A stretch of DNA of 64,000 nucleotides from Longimicrobiales bacterium. GTDB lineage: Bacteria > Gemmatimonadota > Gemmatimonadetes > Longimicrobiales > Gaopeijiaceae. A program made the position numbers and the translations under genes. This document shows positions 39,646 through 53,229 of the stretch, piece after piece. Below the pieces are notes generated by a model. It was not told the DNA's origin and ran no database searches. It worked only from the letters and a program-made list of their open reading frames with translations. Positions within the stretch are counted from its first letter, which is position 1. Each line of letters opens with the position of its first letter. The stretch is taken from contig OZ241869.1 of NCBI GenBank assembly GCA_965202805.1, forward strand, positions 800,001 to 864,000. The letters run 5' to 3'.

Positions 39646-40284
39646 ATGAGCCTGAAGCGTACCCCGACCAAGATCGTCTGCGTAGGAAAGAACTACGCGC
39701 TCCACGCACAGGAGCTGGGCACTGACGTTCCCCCTGAGCCCATCATCTTCCTGAAACCGGTCTCCTCCCTGTTGGCCCCCGGCGAGACCATCCGGATGCC
39801 TTCCTGGGCCGGGCGCGTGGACTTCGAGGGAGAGATCGCGCTGGTGGTGGGGAAGCGCGCCCGCCGGGTCGCGCGCGAGGACGCATGGGACGTGGTCGAT
39901 GCCGTCGTGCCCCTGAACGACGTGACTGCGCGCGATCTCCAGCGCAGGGACGGGCAGTGGACCCGCGCCAAGAGCTTCGACACCTTCTGCCCGGTGGGTG
40001 AACCGGTCCCGGTGGCGGATGTGGATATCGGGGAGCTGGAGGTGATCACGCGTGTCAACGGGAGGGTGCGCCAGCACGCCCATGTGAACACCATGGTGTT
40101 CCCCATCCCCGAGTTGATCCGCTTCATCACCGCGGTCATGACCCTCGAGCCGGGCGACCTGATCGCGACCGGCACGCCTGACGGAATCGGGCCGCTCGCG
40201 CCAGGCGACCGGGTCGAGGTCGAGATACCGGGCGTGGGGACGGTCGCCAACCCGGTGGCGGTGGAGGAGGTCGACTCCGGCTGA
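39646..40284 (+). CDS. fumarylacetoacetate hydrolase family protein
   Basis: CVGKNYALHA, FLKP, DFEGE, NDVTARDLQ, AKSFDTFCP and GDLIATGTP motifs. Confidence 0.95.
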   Translation: MSLKRTPTKIVCVGKNYALHAQELGTDVPPEPIIFLKPVSSLLAPGETIRMPSWAGRVDFEGEIALVVGKRARRVAREDAWDVVDAVVPLNDVTARDLQRRDGQWTRAKSFDTFCPVGEPVPVADVDIGELEVITRVNGRVRQHAHVNTMVFPIPELIRFITAVMTLEPGDLIATGTPDGIGPLAPGDRVEVEIPGVGTVANPVAVEEVDSG

Positions 40285-41086
40285 TGAGGGATGCGCCCGC
40301 GGCCCGCTCGATCGCCTCCTCCGGGGCTCCCCGGTGGGTGCGCTGGGTCGCGGCAGCCATCTCCGTGGCAACCCATGCGATCGTGATTCTGATCTACCCG
40401 CATCTGAGGCCCGAGACGGCGCCCCCTGTCGCGCCGCTGCCGGTCTTCGTTCCCGCCAGTCAGGACGGCATGCAGGTCGTGCAGCTCCTCGAACTCGACG
40501 AGGCTACTCTCGAGCCTGCTCCGGAGCCCGAGCCGGAGGTCACCCCGGCGCCCGAGGAACCGGCACTCGCGGAGGAGGCGATTCCGGGGGTCGTCGTCGC
40601 CGACGTCGAAATCCCGACCGGCGACCCGCGCACGGCCGCCGAGAGGCTGCGGCCCTTCATGAACAACCCCGAGGTCTGGCGTCCCATCGACCCGGAGTTG
40701 CTCGACCTCACCCTCGAGGAGCGTGCGCGTTTCGAGATGGCCGCGGTCCTCGATCTCTGGATCGACTCGATCACGACCGCGGAAGCTGCTCGGGTCGCCG
40801 CGATGGACTGGACCTATACGGACGCGGACGGCGGCCGCTGGGGATTCTCGCCGGGCAAGATCCACCTGGGCGACATCACCCTCCCGCTTCCCTTCCAATT
40901 CGGCCCCAACCCCTCGCGCATCAACGAGCTGCGTGAACGCGACTGGGAATGGATGGAGCTCGAACGGGGCGCGGTCGCGGCCGCCGTGGAACAATCCTGG
41001 AAGGATCGCCAGCGCGCCATCCGTGCGCGGATGGACGCTGAACGCGCGGCTGCGCGGGGGGATTCGGTGCGACGCCCACCCGGGAC

Positions 41087-41090
<4 letters not shown>
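40284..41090 (+). CDS. hypothetical bitopic membrane protein with TonB/TolA-like N-terminal anchor
   Basis: TM helix AISVATHAIVIL, Pro/Glu-rich linker, and C-terminal DWT...RWGFSPGKIHLG domain. Confidence 0.75.
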
Positions 41091-43836
<2,746 letters not shown>

Positions 43837-43840
<4 letters not shown>

Positions 43841-45534
43841 GCGGCCCAATCGGCAACCGGCCGGTCACCGCCGGGGCTCTTCTCGCCGCGCTGATGGCAG
43901 GGTGCGCGCGCGAAGCCACGCCTCCCGGCGGCCCTCCCGACCGGCTCCCCCCGATCGTGATCCTGAGCGAGCCGGATACCTTCTCCACCGTGGAGCCCTT
44001 CCGGTCAGCCGTGACTCTCCGCTTCAGCGAGCGTATCAGCGAGCGGCCCAGCGCGGGCACCCTGGATCAGTCCGTGGTGGTGTCGCCGGCGTCGGGCGAG
44101 GTGCGGGTATCGCACGGGCGCGAGGGACTCGCGGTGCGCGTCCCCGGCGGATTCGAAGCCGGGCACGTCTACCGCGTGACGGTGCTGCCGGTCATTCAGG
44201 ACATGTTCGGCAATGCGCTTCAGGAACCGTTCGAGCTGTTTTTCTCGACCGGACCGGACTTCACCCCCAATGTCGTTGCCGGCTCGGTCATCGACCGGCT
44301 GACCGGCGAGCCTCTCCGCGACGCGCGGGTGGATGCGGCGGTCGCCGGGAGCGACGTGGTGCACACCGCCGTCACCGACAGCGCCGGGATCTTCGCCCTG
44401 CGCTACCTGCCGGCGGGCGATTTCGTGTTGAGCGCCTACCTCGACCGCAACCGCAACGCGCAGCCGGACTTCACCGAGCCCCAGGGGACGCGTCCCGCGC
44501 TGCTGGACGGCGACGGCGAGGCCGCCGACACCGCGATCGTGCTCGATGTGGCGCTGCTGGCCCGGGACACCACGTCGGCCCGGCTCGCGCGCGTCATCGT
44601 GGAGGATTCCATCAGCCTCAGCGTCTCGCTCGACGACTACCTCGATCCTGAGCGGCCGCTGGACGATGTGCGCGTCGTGGTCACTTCCGACAGCGTCGAC
44701 GCGCCCCGGCCCCTCGCCGTCCTCCATCAGCACGAGGCGGAAGCGTATCGGAGCGCGCTGGCGGACAGCCTTGCGCGGGAACAGGCGGTCCGGGACAGCG
44801 TGGCGCAGGCGCAGGCGGACTCGGCGGCCCGGGCGGAGGCCGCCGCAGGGGATACGACGACGGCGGCCGACCCCGAGGGCACGCCCGCGCCGGCGGAAGC
44901 GGAAGCCGGTCCGCCGCCGGCACCGGCGCAGGAGGTGGGGGGAGCCGGCGAAGCGGAGGAGGAACGGCCCACGGCCCAGCAGACCTTCATCGTCATTCTG
45001 GACGGAGTGCTGGTCCCCGAGATGCCCTACCAGGTCGAGGTATCGAACATCACCAACATCAATGGCGTGGGTGAAGGGGGGGGAACCGTCGACTTCACCC
45101 GTCCCGCGCCGCCACCGCCGCCCGAAGACACCACCCAGGCCGCGACGGACAGTGTTCCACCGGATACCATCCCCGCGGCGGCTGCGGGCGACACGCCCCC
45201 ACCCGTCGACACGCTGGGGCGCGACACCATCCCGGAGCAGGCGGCGCCCGCGGAAGCGACGCCCGGCGACACACCGGCCGTCCCGGCGGACTCGACCGCG
45301 CGCGACACCATTCCGCCGCCCTCGGCCGACTCCGTGCGCCGGGACACGATCCCTTCGCCGCCCGCCGACTCCATGCGCCGGGACACGGTATCGGCACCAC
45401 CCGGAGATTCGGCGCGCCGGGATACGGTCGCGGTTTCTCCGACCACGGCTTTCTTCCAGCGCGGCAGGCGGGCGCGGATGCTGCCGGCGTGGAGCCGGTT
45501 CTCCCGCCGCTGGCCGCGTCGCACAATCCGATGA
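43837..45534 (+). CDS. Ig-like (Big_5-type) domain lipoprotein with Pro-rich DS/DT repeat tail
   Basis: Lipobox LMAGC followed by PPGGPPDRLPP, LRFSERI, DMFGN..FSTG; low-complexity C-terminus. Confidence 0.85.
45289..45432 (+). repeat. intragenic 39-bp (13-aa) tandem repeat, 4 copies, DSxxRDT(I/V)xxPxx
   Basis: Units begin at 45289, 45328, 45367 and 45406. Confidence 0.85.
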
Positions 45535-46925
45535 CCGACCCGCGCCGCCATCTGCCCGGCGTCGACCGGGCGCTGGCATCAACCGCCTTCGCCGCGCTGC
45601 TCGCCGAACATCCGCGCCAGCGGGTCGTGCACCACCTGCGCTCCGCGCTGGACCACGTCAGGGAGAACCTTGCCCGCGGAACCGAGCGCGCCCCGCCGCC
45701 CATCCGCGATCTCGCCCGCGAAGTCGAAAAGGCCCTTGTCCTGGACGGCATCCCCTCCCTGCGGCCGGTGATCAACGCCACCGGCGTGGTGCTCCACACC
45801 AACCTGGGCCGGGCGCCCATCGCGCCTGTGGCCCGCTCCGCCATGGCACGCGCCGCCCGCGGATACGGCAACCTGGAGTTCGACCTTGAGCGCGGGAGCC
45901 GCGGATCCCGCTACGTCCACTGCGTACAGCTGCTGCGGGAGCTCACCGGCGCCGAAGCAGCCCTCGTGGTCAACAACGCCGCCGGCGCGCTGGTGCTCGG
46001 CATGAACACGCTGGCGGTGGGGAAGGAGGTGGCGGTTTCCCGGGGAGAGCTGGTTGAGATCGGGGGCGGCTTCCGAATCCCCGAGATCCTGGTCCGGAGC
46101 GGGGTCCGGCTGCGCGAGGTGGGGTCCACCAACCGCACCCGCATCGCCGACTACGAGGCAGCACTCGACACGGGCGACGTCGCGGCGCTGCTCAAGGTCC
46201 ACCGCTCCAACTTCCGCATCGAGGGGTTCACCGAGGAGGCCGGCGTCGCCGAGCTGGCGAAGCTGGCCGACCGACGGGGCGTCCACTTCTTCCACGACCT
46301 CGGCACCGGCCTGATGATGGACTCCGCCGCACTCGGGCTTCCGGGAGAACCGCGGGTGGCCGACAGTCTGGCGAACGGCGCGCACGTGGTCGGCTTCTCG
46401 GGAGACAAGCTTCTGGGCGGGCCGCAGGCCGGGATCCTCGTGGGCAGGACGGAACCGATCGCGAACATGCGGCAGAACCCGCTCTGCCGATCCCTGCGCG
46501 TCGACAAGGTGACGCTGGCGGGGCTGGAAGCGACCCTGCGTCTCTACCGCGATCCCGGACGCGCGCTGAGGGAGATCCCGGCGCTGCGCATGATCGCCTC
46601 TTCCCCGGAAGAGCTGCACGCACGAGCTCGACGCCTGACCGCCGCTCTCGAGGCTCGGGGCGTGGAAGCCCGGGTGAACCCCGGGACGTCGCTGGTCGGA
46701 GGCGGAACCTGTCCCGGGGTCGCCCTGGGCACCTTCGTCGTGGAACCGAAAACCGGCGCGCAGTCGGTGTCCGCCGTCGCCCGGCGCCTGAGACGCGGCG
46801 AGCCTCCCGTGCTCGCGCCCGTGGAGGGCAACCGCCTCAGCCTCGATCTGCGCACCGTCGAGCCCGAGGAGGAGGCACAGCTCGCGGAACGCGTGGTTCG
46901 GGCGTGTCTTGCGGACATCGATTGA
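45531..46925 (+). CDS. selA: L-seryl-tRNA(Sec) selenium transferase
   Basis: VINATGVVLHTNLGRA, VVNNAAGA, SRGELVEIGGGFRIP, KVHRSNF and SGDKLLGGPQAG motifs. Confidence 0.96.
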   Translation: MTDPRRHLPGVDRALASTAFAALLAEHPRQRVVHHLRSALDHVRENLARGTERAPPPIRDLAREVEKALVLDGIPSLRPVINATGVVLHTNLGRAPIAPVARSAMARAARGYGNLEFDLERGSRGSRYVHCVQLLRELTGAEAALVVNNAAGALVLGMNTLAVGKEVAVSRGELVEIGGGFRIPEILVRSGVRLREVGSTNRTRIADYEAALDTGDVAALLKVHRSNFRIEGFTEEAGVAELAKLADRRGVHFFHDLGTGLMMDSAALGLPGEPRVADSLANGAHVVGFSGDKLLGGPQAGILVGRTEPIANMRQNPLCRSLRVDKVTLAGLEATLRLYRDPGRALREIPALRMIASSPEELHARARRLTAALEARGVEARVNPGTSLVGGGTCPGVALGTFVVEPKTGAQSVSAVARRLRRGEPPVLAPVEGNRLSLDLRTVEPEEEAQLAERVVRACLADID

Positions 46926-47064
46926 GGGCGCGATGTGTTCAGGGCCGCACGCCGACGGTTCGGGCGCCGGAGGAACTGCCGGCAGGGAAGGGGAACACCG
47001 AAGCGCCAGGCGGGTTTTGTCGATTTGATCCATTGGCCGGCGGAGCCGCACCCTGAGGAGCAGG

Positions 47065-47397
47065 ATGATGCAGATTACTCTGACGCCTGAAGCCACCACG
47101 AAGATCAGGCAGTTTCTGGAAGACCATGACTCCCGGTCCCGGGCCGGCCTGCGTGTCGCCGTGCTTCCGGGCGGATGCTCGGGCTTTCAGTACGGCCTCA
47201 ATATCGAAGAAGCGCCCGAGGACGACGACGAAGTGCTGGAACTCGACGACTTCCGGGTTTTCGTCGACCCGTTCAGCGCCCAGTACCTCGAGGGTGTGCA
47301 GATCGACTACGTGTCCAGCATGATGGGACAGGGCTTCAGCTTCACCAACCCCCAGGCCTCGGGCGGATGCGGCTGCGGAAGCTCGTTTACGGTCTGA
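47065..47397 (+). CDS. A-type Fe-S cluster carrier (HesB/IscA/ErpA family)
   Basis: GGCSGFQY and NPQASGGCGCGSSF motifs; GAGGAG RBS. Confidence 0.95.
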   Translation: MMQITLTPEATTKIRQFLEDHDSRSRAGLRVAVLPGGCSGFQYGLNIEEAPEDDDEVLELDDFRVFVDPFSAQYLEGVQIDYVSSMMGQGFSFTNPQASGGCGCGSSFTV

Positions 47398-47473
47398 TCC
47401 CGCCCCCGGTCCGAGCCGGCCGCCGCGGCAGTCCACGGGCTGCCGGGACCACTGTAGCGGAAAGATCACGCAG

Positions 47474-48130
47474 GTGATTCGTCTGCGGACCTTCACCGGC
47501 GCGGACGACTTCCAGCAGAACGCCTGGCTGGCCGTCTGTAGCGCAACCGGCGAGACCCTGGTCATCGATCCCGGCGCAGCGGCGCCGGACATGTGTCGCG
47601 TGATCGAGGCGGAGCAGTTGGCCGTGAAGGCAGTCATCCTGACCCACGCCCATCTGGATCATGTCGAAGGGCTGCCCGACATCCGCACCGTCACGGATGC
47701 CCCCATCTTCCTCCACCCGGCCGACGCTTTCCTCTACCGGGCCGCGACGGAACAGGCAGCCGCATTCGGAGTGCGCGCGCCACGGCTGCCCGCCGTCGAC
47801 GAGGAACTTGCCCACGGGGACGAGCTCGGCTTCGGACGGTGCGCGTTTCGCGTACGCCACGCCCCCGGTCACTCCCCCGGTCATGTCGTGCTGGTCAACG
47901 AGGACGAGCGGGTCGCCGTCGTGGCGGATGTCGTATTCGCGGGTTCGATCGGGCGCACCGATCTCCCGGGGGGAAACATGCAGCAGTTGCTGCACTCGAT
48001 TCGCCAGCAGGTGCTGACGCTCGCGGACGACACCCGTCTGCTCACCGGACACGGCCCCGAGACCACGGTGGGATGGGAGCGGCGCACCAATCCCTTTCTG
48101 ATGCCCTTCCAGGGAGGCGAGTTCGTGTGA
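47474..48130 (+). CDS. metallo-beta-lactamase fold hydrolase (glyoxalase II-like)
   Basis: THAHLDH, PGHSPGH, GSIGRTDLPGG and GHGPETT motifs. Confidence 0.93.
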   Translation: MIRLRTFTGADDFQQNAWLAVCSATGETLVIDPGAAAPDMCRVIEAEQLAVKAVILTHAHLDHVEGLPDIRTVTDAPIFLHPADAFLYRAATEQAAAFGVRAPRLPAVDEELAHGDELGFGRCAFRVRHAPGHSPGHVVLVNEDERVAVVADVVFAGSIGRTDLPGGNMQQLLHSIRQQVLTLADDTRLLTGHGPETTVGWERRTNPFLMPFQGGEFV

Positions 48131-48825
48131 CCCTGCCGGTGGCGGTCTTCGCGTCGGGTTCGGGCTCGAACCTGCAGGCCATCCTCGACCACCACGCCAC
48201 CCTCGACGCACCACCCTGGCGTGTCGAGCTCGTCATCAGCGACCAGGAGGACGCCAGAGCGCTCCGGCGCGCCAGCCGTTCCGGGATCCGGTCGCGTTTT
48301 CTCCCGGTCGCGGGGCGACCGTCCGGCGATGTCGCCGGCGAGACGCTGGGCATCCTGCGTTCCGCCGATATCGGGCTCATCGCGCTCGCGGGCTATCTCC
48401 GGCTCATCCCCGCGGACGTCGTCGGAGCATTCCGTGAGAGGATCGTCAACATCCACCCCGCGCTCCTCCCGGCTTTCGGAGGAAAGGGGATGTACGGGAT
48501 GCGCGTGCACGAGGCGGTGCTGGCGTCGGGCGCGCGGGTCACCGGGCCCACCGTGCACCTGGTAGACGAGGAGTACGATCGGGGCCCGATCGTCGCGCAG
48601 TGGCCGGTGCCGGTGCGTGCAGGCGACGACCCGCGCGTGCTCGCCGCCCGGGTGCTTCGCGTCGAGCACCTCCTCTATCCCCGGGTCGTGGACCATCTCG
48701 GCCGCGCTCTCGCCCGAGGGTGCCGGCCCACGCCCTTTTCGCCGCCCGGAGCCGCGTTCCTGGCGAAGTCGGAGACCGGAGCCGGTGTCGAGCGCTCGAT
48801 TACCGCCGGTTTCGCCGGGGACTAG
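48127..48825 (+). CDS. purN: phosphoribosylglycinamide formyltransferase
   Basis: ASGSGSNLQAI, LAGYLR, NIHPALLPAFGG and YDRGPIVAQ motifs. Confidence 0.96.
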   Translation: MTLPVAVFASGSGSNLQAILDHHATLDAPPWRVELVISDQEDARALRRASRSGIRSRFLPVAGRPSGDVAGETLGILRSADIGLIALAGYLRLIPADVVGAFRERIVNIHPALLPAFGGKGMYGMRVHEAVLASGARVTGPTVHLVDEEYDRGPIVAQWPVPVRAGDDPRVLAARVLRVEHLLYPRVVDHLGRALARGCRPTPFSPPGAAFLAKSETGAGVERSITAGFAGD

Positions 48826-48856
48826 CGCCGGCCCTGCACGCCACGGAGGAGCGAAC

Positions 48857-50578
48857 ATGACTCGAAGACGGGCGCTGCTGAGCGTCTCGGACAAGAGCGG
48901 GATCGAAGAGTTCGCCCGCGGCCTCGTCGGCCGCGGATGGGAGATCGTCTCGACCGGGGGCACGGCGCGTGTGCTCGCCGGCGCGGGGCTTCCCGTCATA
49001 CAGGTGGCAGAGGTCACGTCACACCCGGAAATGATGGACGGGCGGGTCAAGACCCTGCACCCGGCCATCCATGCGGGGATCCTGGCCCGGGGCGGGAACC
49101 GCGACGACGACGACGCCCTCGCGGCACGGGGCTACGCGCCCGTGGGCCTGGTCGCGGTCAACCTCTACCCCTTCCAGGAGACCGTGGCGAAGGGCGGGGT
49201 GTCGGTGGGCGACGCGATGGAGCAGGTGGACATCGGCGGACCCACCATGATCCGGGCGGCGGCCAAGAACCACGCCGACGTGTGGGCCATCGTGGATCCC
49301 GGAGACTACCCGCGCGTGCTCGCGGTCCTCGACAGGGAAGAAGACGCCCGCGCGCTTCGCCGGGAGCTGGCGGTGAAGGTGTTTGCACACGCGAGTGCGT
49401 ACGATGACGCCGTGGCGGAATGGTTGGGGAGGTCCGCCGGGGAGGACAATGGAACCCGCGCGGACGCGGACGAGCCGGCCCCTGGCGCGCGCACAGCCGG
49501 AGTGTTCCCGGTCGACCTTGCCCTGACCGCCGAACTCGGGGGTACGCTGCGCTACGGCGAGAACCCGGACCAGGAGGCGGCCTTCTACCGCTGGCGCGGA
49601 CACGCGGGCGTGGGGCTGGCCGGTCTCGAGCAACTGCACGGCAAGGCGCTCTCGTACAACAACTACCTCGACCTCGACGGCGCGCTCCACTGTCTCGCCC
49701 CGTTCGCATTCTCGTCGCGGCCGGCCGTGTGCATCGTCAAGCACACCACGCCCGCGGGGATGGCGCTCGCGGAGACACTCGAGGAGGCCTACCTGCGCGC
49801 GCTCCGCACCGACCCGGTGAGCGCCTTCGGGTCCGTCATCGCGGTCAACCGGCGAATCGATGCCGCCACCGCCGCACACATGTCGGAACTCTTCATCGAG
49901 TGCCTGGTCGCGCCGGCCTTCGATGACGGGGCGATGAGGATCCTGACCCGCAAACCGAGCCTGCGGCTGCTCGCCATGTCCGGCGATCCGGTCGCTCGCG
50001 ACGCCCTCCCCCTCGATCCGGACCGCATCGACTGGTGGCGGAAGGCTTCACCCGGGCACCGCGCTCCGGCGGCATTCCTCGCGGCGCACGCCCGCCTGCC
50101 CGAGCCGAGAACGCTGCGCACCGTGTCCGGCGGCCTGCTGGCTCAATCGGTGCCTCCGCCGCCCTTCTACGGGCTCGAGAGCAGAGAGTGGCGGGTCGTC
50201 ACCCGGCGCACCCCGACCGCGCGCGAACTCGACGACCTGGACTTCGCCTGGTCGGCGGTCGCGGGGGTCAAGTCGAACGCAATCCTGCTTGCACGCGGCG
50301 GCGCCACGCTGGGCATCGGCATGGGACAGGTGAGCCGGGTGGACGCCTCCGAACTGGCGGTCCGAAAGGCCGCCGCCGCCGACCTCGACCTGGCCGGCTG
50401 CGCTCTCGCCTCGGATGCCTTCTTCCCCTTCCGGGACGGTGTCGACGCGGCGGCCGCGGCGGGGGTGCGCGCCATCGTGCAGCCGGGCGGTTCGGTCCGC
50501 GACGAAGAGGTCATCGCCGCCGCGGACGAGCACGAGATCGCGATGACCTTTACGGGGAGGCGGCTCTTCCGCCACTGA
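48857..50578 (+). CDS. purH: bifunctional AICAR transformylase / IMP cyclohydrolase
   Basis: [50 protein letters not shown] and QPGGSVRD motifs. Confidence 0.97.
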   Translation: MTRRRALLSVSDKSGIEEFARGLVGRGWEIVSTGGTARVLAGAGLPVIQVAEVTSHPEMMDGRVKTLHPAIHAGILARGGNRDDDDALAARGYAPVGLVAVNLYPFQETVAKGGVSVGDAMEQVDIGGPTMIRAAAKNHADVWAIVDPGDYPRVLAVLDREEDARALRRELAVKVFAHASAYDDAVAEWLGRSAGEDNGTRADADEPAPGARTAGVFPVDLALTAELGGTLRYGENPDQEAAFYRWRGHAGVGLAGLEQLHGKALSYNNYLDLDGALHCLAPFAFSSRPAVCIVKHTTPAGMALAETLEEAYLRALRTDPVSAFGSVIAVNRRIDAATAAHMSELFIECLVAPAFDDGAMRILTRKPSLRLLAMSGDPVARDALPLDPDRIDWWRKASPGHRAPAAFLAAHARLPEPRTLRTVSGGLLAQSVPPPPFYGLESREWRVVTRRTPTARELDDLDFAWSAVAGVKSNAILLARGGATLGIGMGQVSRVDASELAVRKAAAADLDLAGCALASDAFFPFRDGVDAAAAAGVRAIVQPGGSVRDEEVIAAADEHEIAMTFTGRRLFRH

Positions 50579-50628
50579 CCGGCCGCGGTCTCCCCACGCG
50601 GGCGGCCCGTCCCCCCGCCTGTTGTGCG

Positions 50629-50665
50629 CCCTGCCGGCCCCGAAGACATCCTCCCGCCGGCAGGG
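50629..50665. terminator. possible hairpin terminator between convergent purH and the transposase-like ORF
   Basis: Perfect 10-bp inverted repeat CCCTGCCGGC / GCCGGCAGGG with a 17-nt loop; no U-tract. Confidence 0.35.
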
Positions 50666-50689
50666 TGCCGCGGCGGGTCCGGCTGTCCG

Positions 50690-50989
50690 CTACGCGGTTC
50701 TCGAGTTCCGCGCCGTACCGCGACGGTCCCGGATGGCGCCGGTCTCGCGATGCTGGGCAATCAGTCGGGTCAATTGGGCACGCGAGAAACCTGTCACTCT
50801 GGCCAGGAAGGTCTTTAGCAGGCTCTTGTCGCGTTTCCTGAGGTCGTGATATTCGAATCTGTCCATTGTCCTGCAAATGAATTCGTATATGGATTCACGG
50901 CTGTCAGCCTGCAACATCGGGGTGTCGGCAACCTTCAGGAAACGTCGGACCTGGTCGAGAGTGCGAATACGTGTAATGCGGCGCATCAC
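50690..50989 (-). mobile_element. transposase-derived short ORF (N-terminal DNA-binding region of an integrase-core-type IS transposase, no catalytic domain)
   Basis: RTLDQVRRFL...[38 protein letters not shown] resembles such transposase N-termini (recalled, not searched). It sits in a lower-GC patch (about 50760-51230) and has a GAGGAG RBS. Confidence 0.65.
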
Positions 50990-51486
50990 CGTTCACTCCT
51001 CTTGGTTCAAGGATATCCAGGAGCCGTATTTCAGACTCACTATTCTCAAGATTCGGGCTCATTTTTGTCATCTGCCGGCCTGAATCAGCTCCCAAATGCC
51101 ACCCTGCCAATGTGGGTCTATGTCTCTGTTTCGGGCTCATATTCCAGGTACGGATCTTTTACGTGCGGCAGAGAATACCCCCATAGTCGGTTCAGTCCCT
51201 CGGGGACCGAGCCCTGTCACCGGCTATTCTTGCAAGTGCCGTGCCGCATCATGGCTCTGACATGCCGCTGCGGCCCCCGGGCGTTCTCCGGCGCCGCACC
51301 GTTCCGCTCGCCCGGCCCTCCGGACTCCGGCTACGCCGGGATCACCCGAATCGAAGACACTGCCGCCGGTGATCTCCCGCGCCAGGCGATCGCCTCCAGG
51401 GGCAGGGTTCGCGGGCCCCCTGCGGAAGGTGTTGCCGGCCTGTGGCGCACCAGCAGAATCGGCTCGCAGGGCCACTCCGTGCCGGG

Positions 51487-51515
51487 TTGACCGGGTCGGG
51501 GCGCATCGGTAGCTT
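51487..51515 (+). promoter_or_regulatory. putative sigma70 promoter of the nuo operon
   Basis: TTGACC-N17-TAGCTT, 48 nt upstream of nuoA. Confidence 0.6.
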
Positions 51516-51563
51516 TCTGCCACCCGGACTCCTGCGAAACCTCCTGCACACGCGGGCGACTCG

Positions 51564-51920
51564 ATGTCGGACGCCTACCTCCCGATTCTGCTCATCTTCG
51601 GGGTCTCCGCCCTCAACGCGGTCTTCATGGTAGCTCTGTCGCACATCCTCAACCCTCGCAGGCCAACTCCCCAGAAGGCAATGCCTTACGAGTCCGGCAT
51701 GATTCCGCTGGGCGACACGCGGGCTCGCTTTTCGGTCAAGTTCTATCTCGTCGCCATCAGCTTCATCGTCTTCGACCTGGAAGCGGTCTTCCTCATCCCC
51801 TGGGCGGTGGAAATGCGCGCGCTGGGATGGAGCGGATTCGTGGCTGCTTCCATCTTCGTGGCGGTGCTCACCGCGGGGCTGGTGTACGAGTGGAAGAAAG
51901 GAGGCCTGGATTGGGACTGA
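51564..51920 (+). CDS. nuoA: NADH-quinone oxidoreductase subunit A
   Basis: [19 protein letters not shown] and [10 protein letters not shown] motifs. Confidence 0.97.
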   Translation: MSDAYLPILLIFGVSALNAVFMVALSHILNPRRPTPQKAMPYESGMIPLGDTRARFSVKFYLVAISFIVFDLEAVFLIPWAVEMRALGWSGFVAASIFVAVLTAGLVYEWKKGGLDWD

Positions 51921-52603
51921 GCGAACAACCAGCTGAACGCCTTCCCGTGGCTTCCTCGCCGCCAGGCGGGGTCCTCGGCGCGGGAACGCCGACCTTTCTG
52001 ACCACGCGCCTCGACTTCGTCGTCAACTGGGCCCGCCGCAACTCGCTCTGGCCCATGCCCTTCGGCACCGCCTGCTGTGCCATCGAGATGATGGCGGCTG
52101 CCGCGAGCAACTTCGACCTGGCCCGCTTCGGGATGGAGCGCATGTCGTTCAGTCCCCGCCAGGCCGACGTGCTCATCTGTGCGGGGCGGGTACCCTACAA
52201 GCTGGCGCCCGTACTGCGCCGCATCTGGGACCAGATGCCGCAGCCCAAGTGGGCCGTCTCGATGGGCGCCTGCGCCTCGTCGGGGGGCGTGTTCGACGTC
52301 TATTCGATGGTGCAGGGGATCGACACCATCATCCCCGTGGACGTCTACGTGCCAGGTTGTCCGCCGAGACCGGAGGGGCTCATATACGGGCTCATGATGA
52401 TCCAGGAGAAGATCCGCCAGGAGCGCCTGAGCGAGCACGACGCTCTGCGCGCCGAAGACCCGGCGGCGGTGGCCCGGGCGCGCGCCGACGCCGAAGAGGT
52501 GCTGGCACTCTCGGGACCCTTCGGCAATTCGACCCGGCAGAACCGGGTGAGCGGGCCCACCGGATCCGACGCCTCCGACCGGCCCGACGACCGCATTCCG
52601 TGA
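51917..52603 (+). CDS. nuoB: NADH-quinone oxidoreductase subunit B
   Basis: [22 protein letters not shown] and VPGCPPRPE motifs. Start is uncertain (CTG 51917 or GTG 51947). Confidence 0.96.
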   Translation: MSEQPAERLPVASSPPGGVLGAGTPTFLTTRLDFVVNWARRNSLWPMPFGTACCAIEMMAAAASNFDLARFGMERMSFSPRQADVLICAGRVPYKLAPVLRRIWDQMPQPKWAVSMGACASSGGVFDVYSMVQGIDTIIPVDVYVPGCPPRPEGLIYGLMMIQEKIRQERLSEHDALRAEDPAAVARARADAEEVLALSGPFGNSTRQNRVSGPTGSDASDRPDDRIP

Positions 52604-53229
52604 CCCGACCCGACCGCGACGGAATGCCCGCGTCCCCGACCGTCGAGGCTCTGCGCGCGGTGTTTCCCGACGCCGTGGTGCACGATCTGGTGCAGTCGGG
52701 AGACCAGCAGGTGGTCTACATCGATCCCGCGCGCAACGCGGAGGTGCTGGACTGGTTGCGCACCGACCCCGGCGAGCGCTTCAACCTGCTGGTCGACGTT
52801 ACCGCGGTCGACTACGGCGACGGACGCCCGCTCGAGGTCGTCTACCAGCTCTGGTCCATACCGCACCGCAAGGCGCTGCGCGTGAAGTGCGAACTCCCGC
52901 TTTCCCGCCTCGCGATCGCCTCGGTGACCGCTCTCTGGAGCGCGGCCGACTGGCTCGAACGCGAAGTCTACGATCTGTTCGGGATCGAGTTCCAGGGACA
53001 CCCGGACCTGCGCCGCATTCTCATGCCCGAGAATTACGCCGAAGGCCATCCCCTGCGGAAGGACTTCCCGCTGCGCGGCCGTTTCTCCCGCGCAGAGCAG
53101 ACCCGGCGCGCCCTCTCCCAGGACATGGAGCAGTACTACATGCCGGAGGAGATGGAGGGCCGTGGCGCCCCCCAGCTGGTCCCGGCGGACGAATCGCCAA
53201 CCTCCGCCTCGGGAAGCCAGGGCCGGTGA
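52600..53229 (+). CDS. nuoC: NADH-quinone oxidoreductase subunit C
   Basis: [24 protein letters not shown] and [10 protein letters not shown] motifs. Confidence 0.96.
   Translation: MTRPDRDGMPASPTVEALRAVFPDAVVHDLVQSGDQQVVYIDPARNAEVLDWLRTDPGERFNLLVDVTAVDYGDGRPLEVVYQLWSIPHRKALRVKCELPLSRLAIASVTALWSAADWLEREVYDLFGIEFQGHPDLRRILMPENYAEGHPLRKDFPLRGRFSRAEQTRRALSQDMEQYYMPEEMEGRGAPQLVPADESPTSASGSQGR

Noticed and set aside
47065..47397. HesB-like selenoprotein next to selA
   Set aside because: All three conserved positions are Cys codons and there is no in-frame TGA.
50846..51490. ORF 50846..51490+ and its 3' sub-ORF starting near 51250 (MALTCRC...)
   Set aside because: No recognisable motif, atypical composition, and overlap with the transposase-like ORF and the nuo promoter region.
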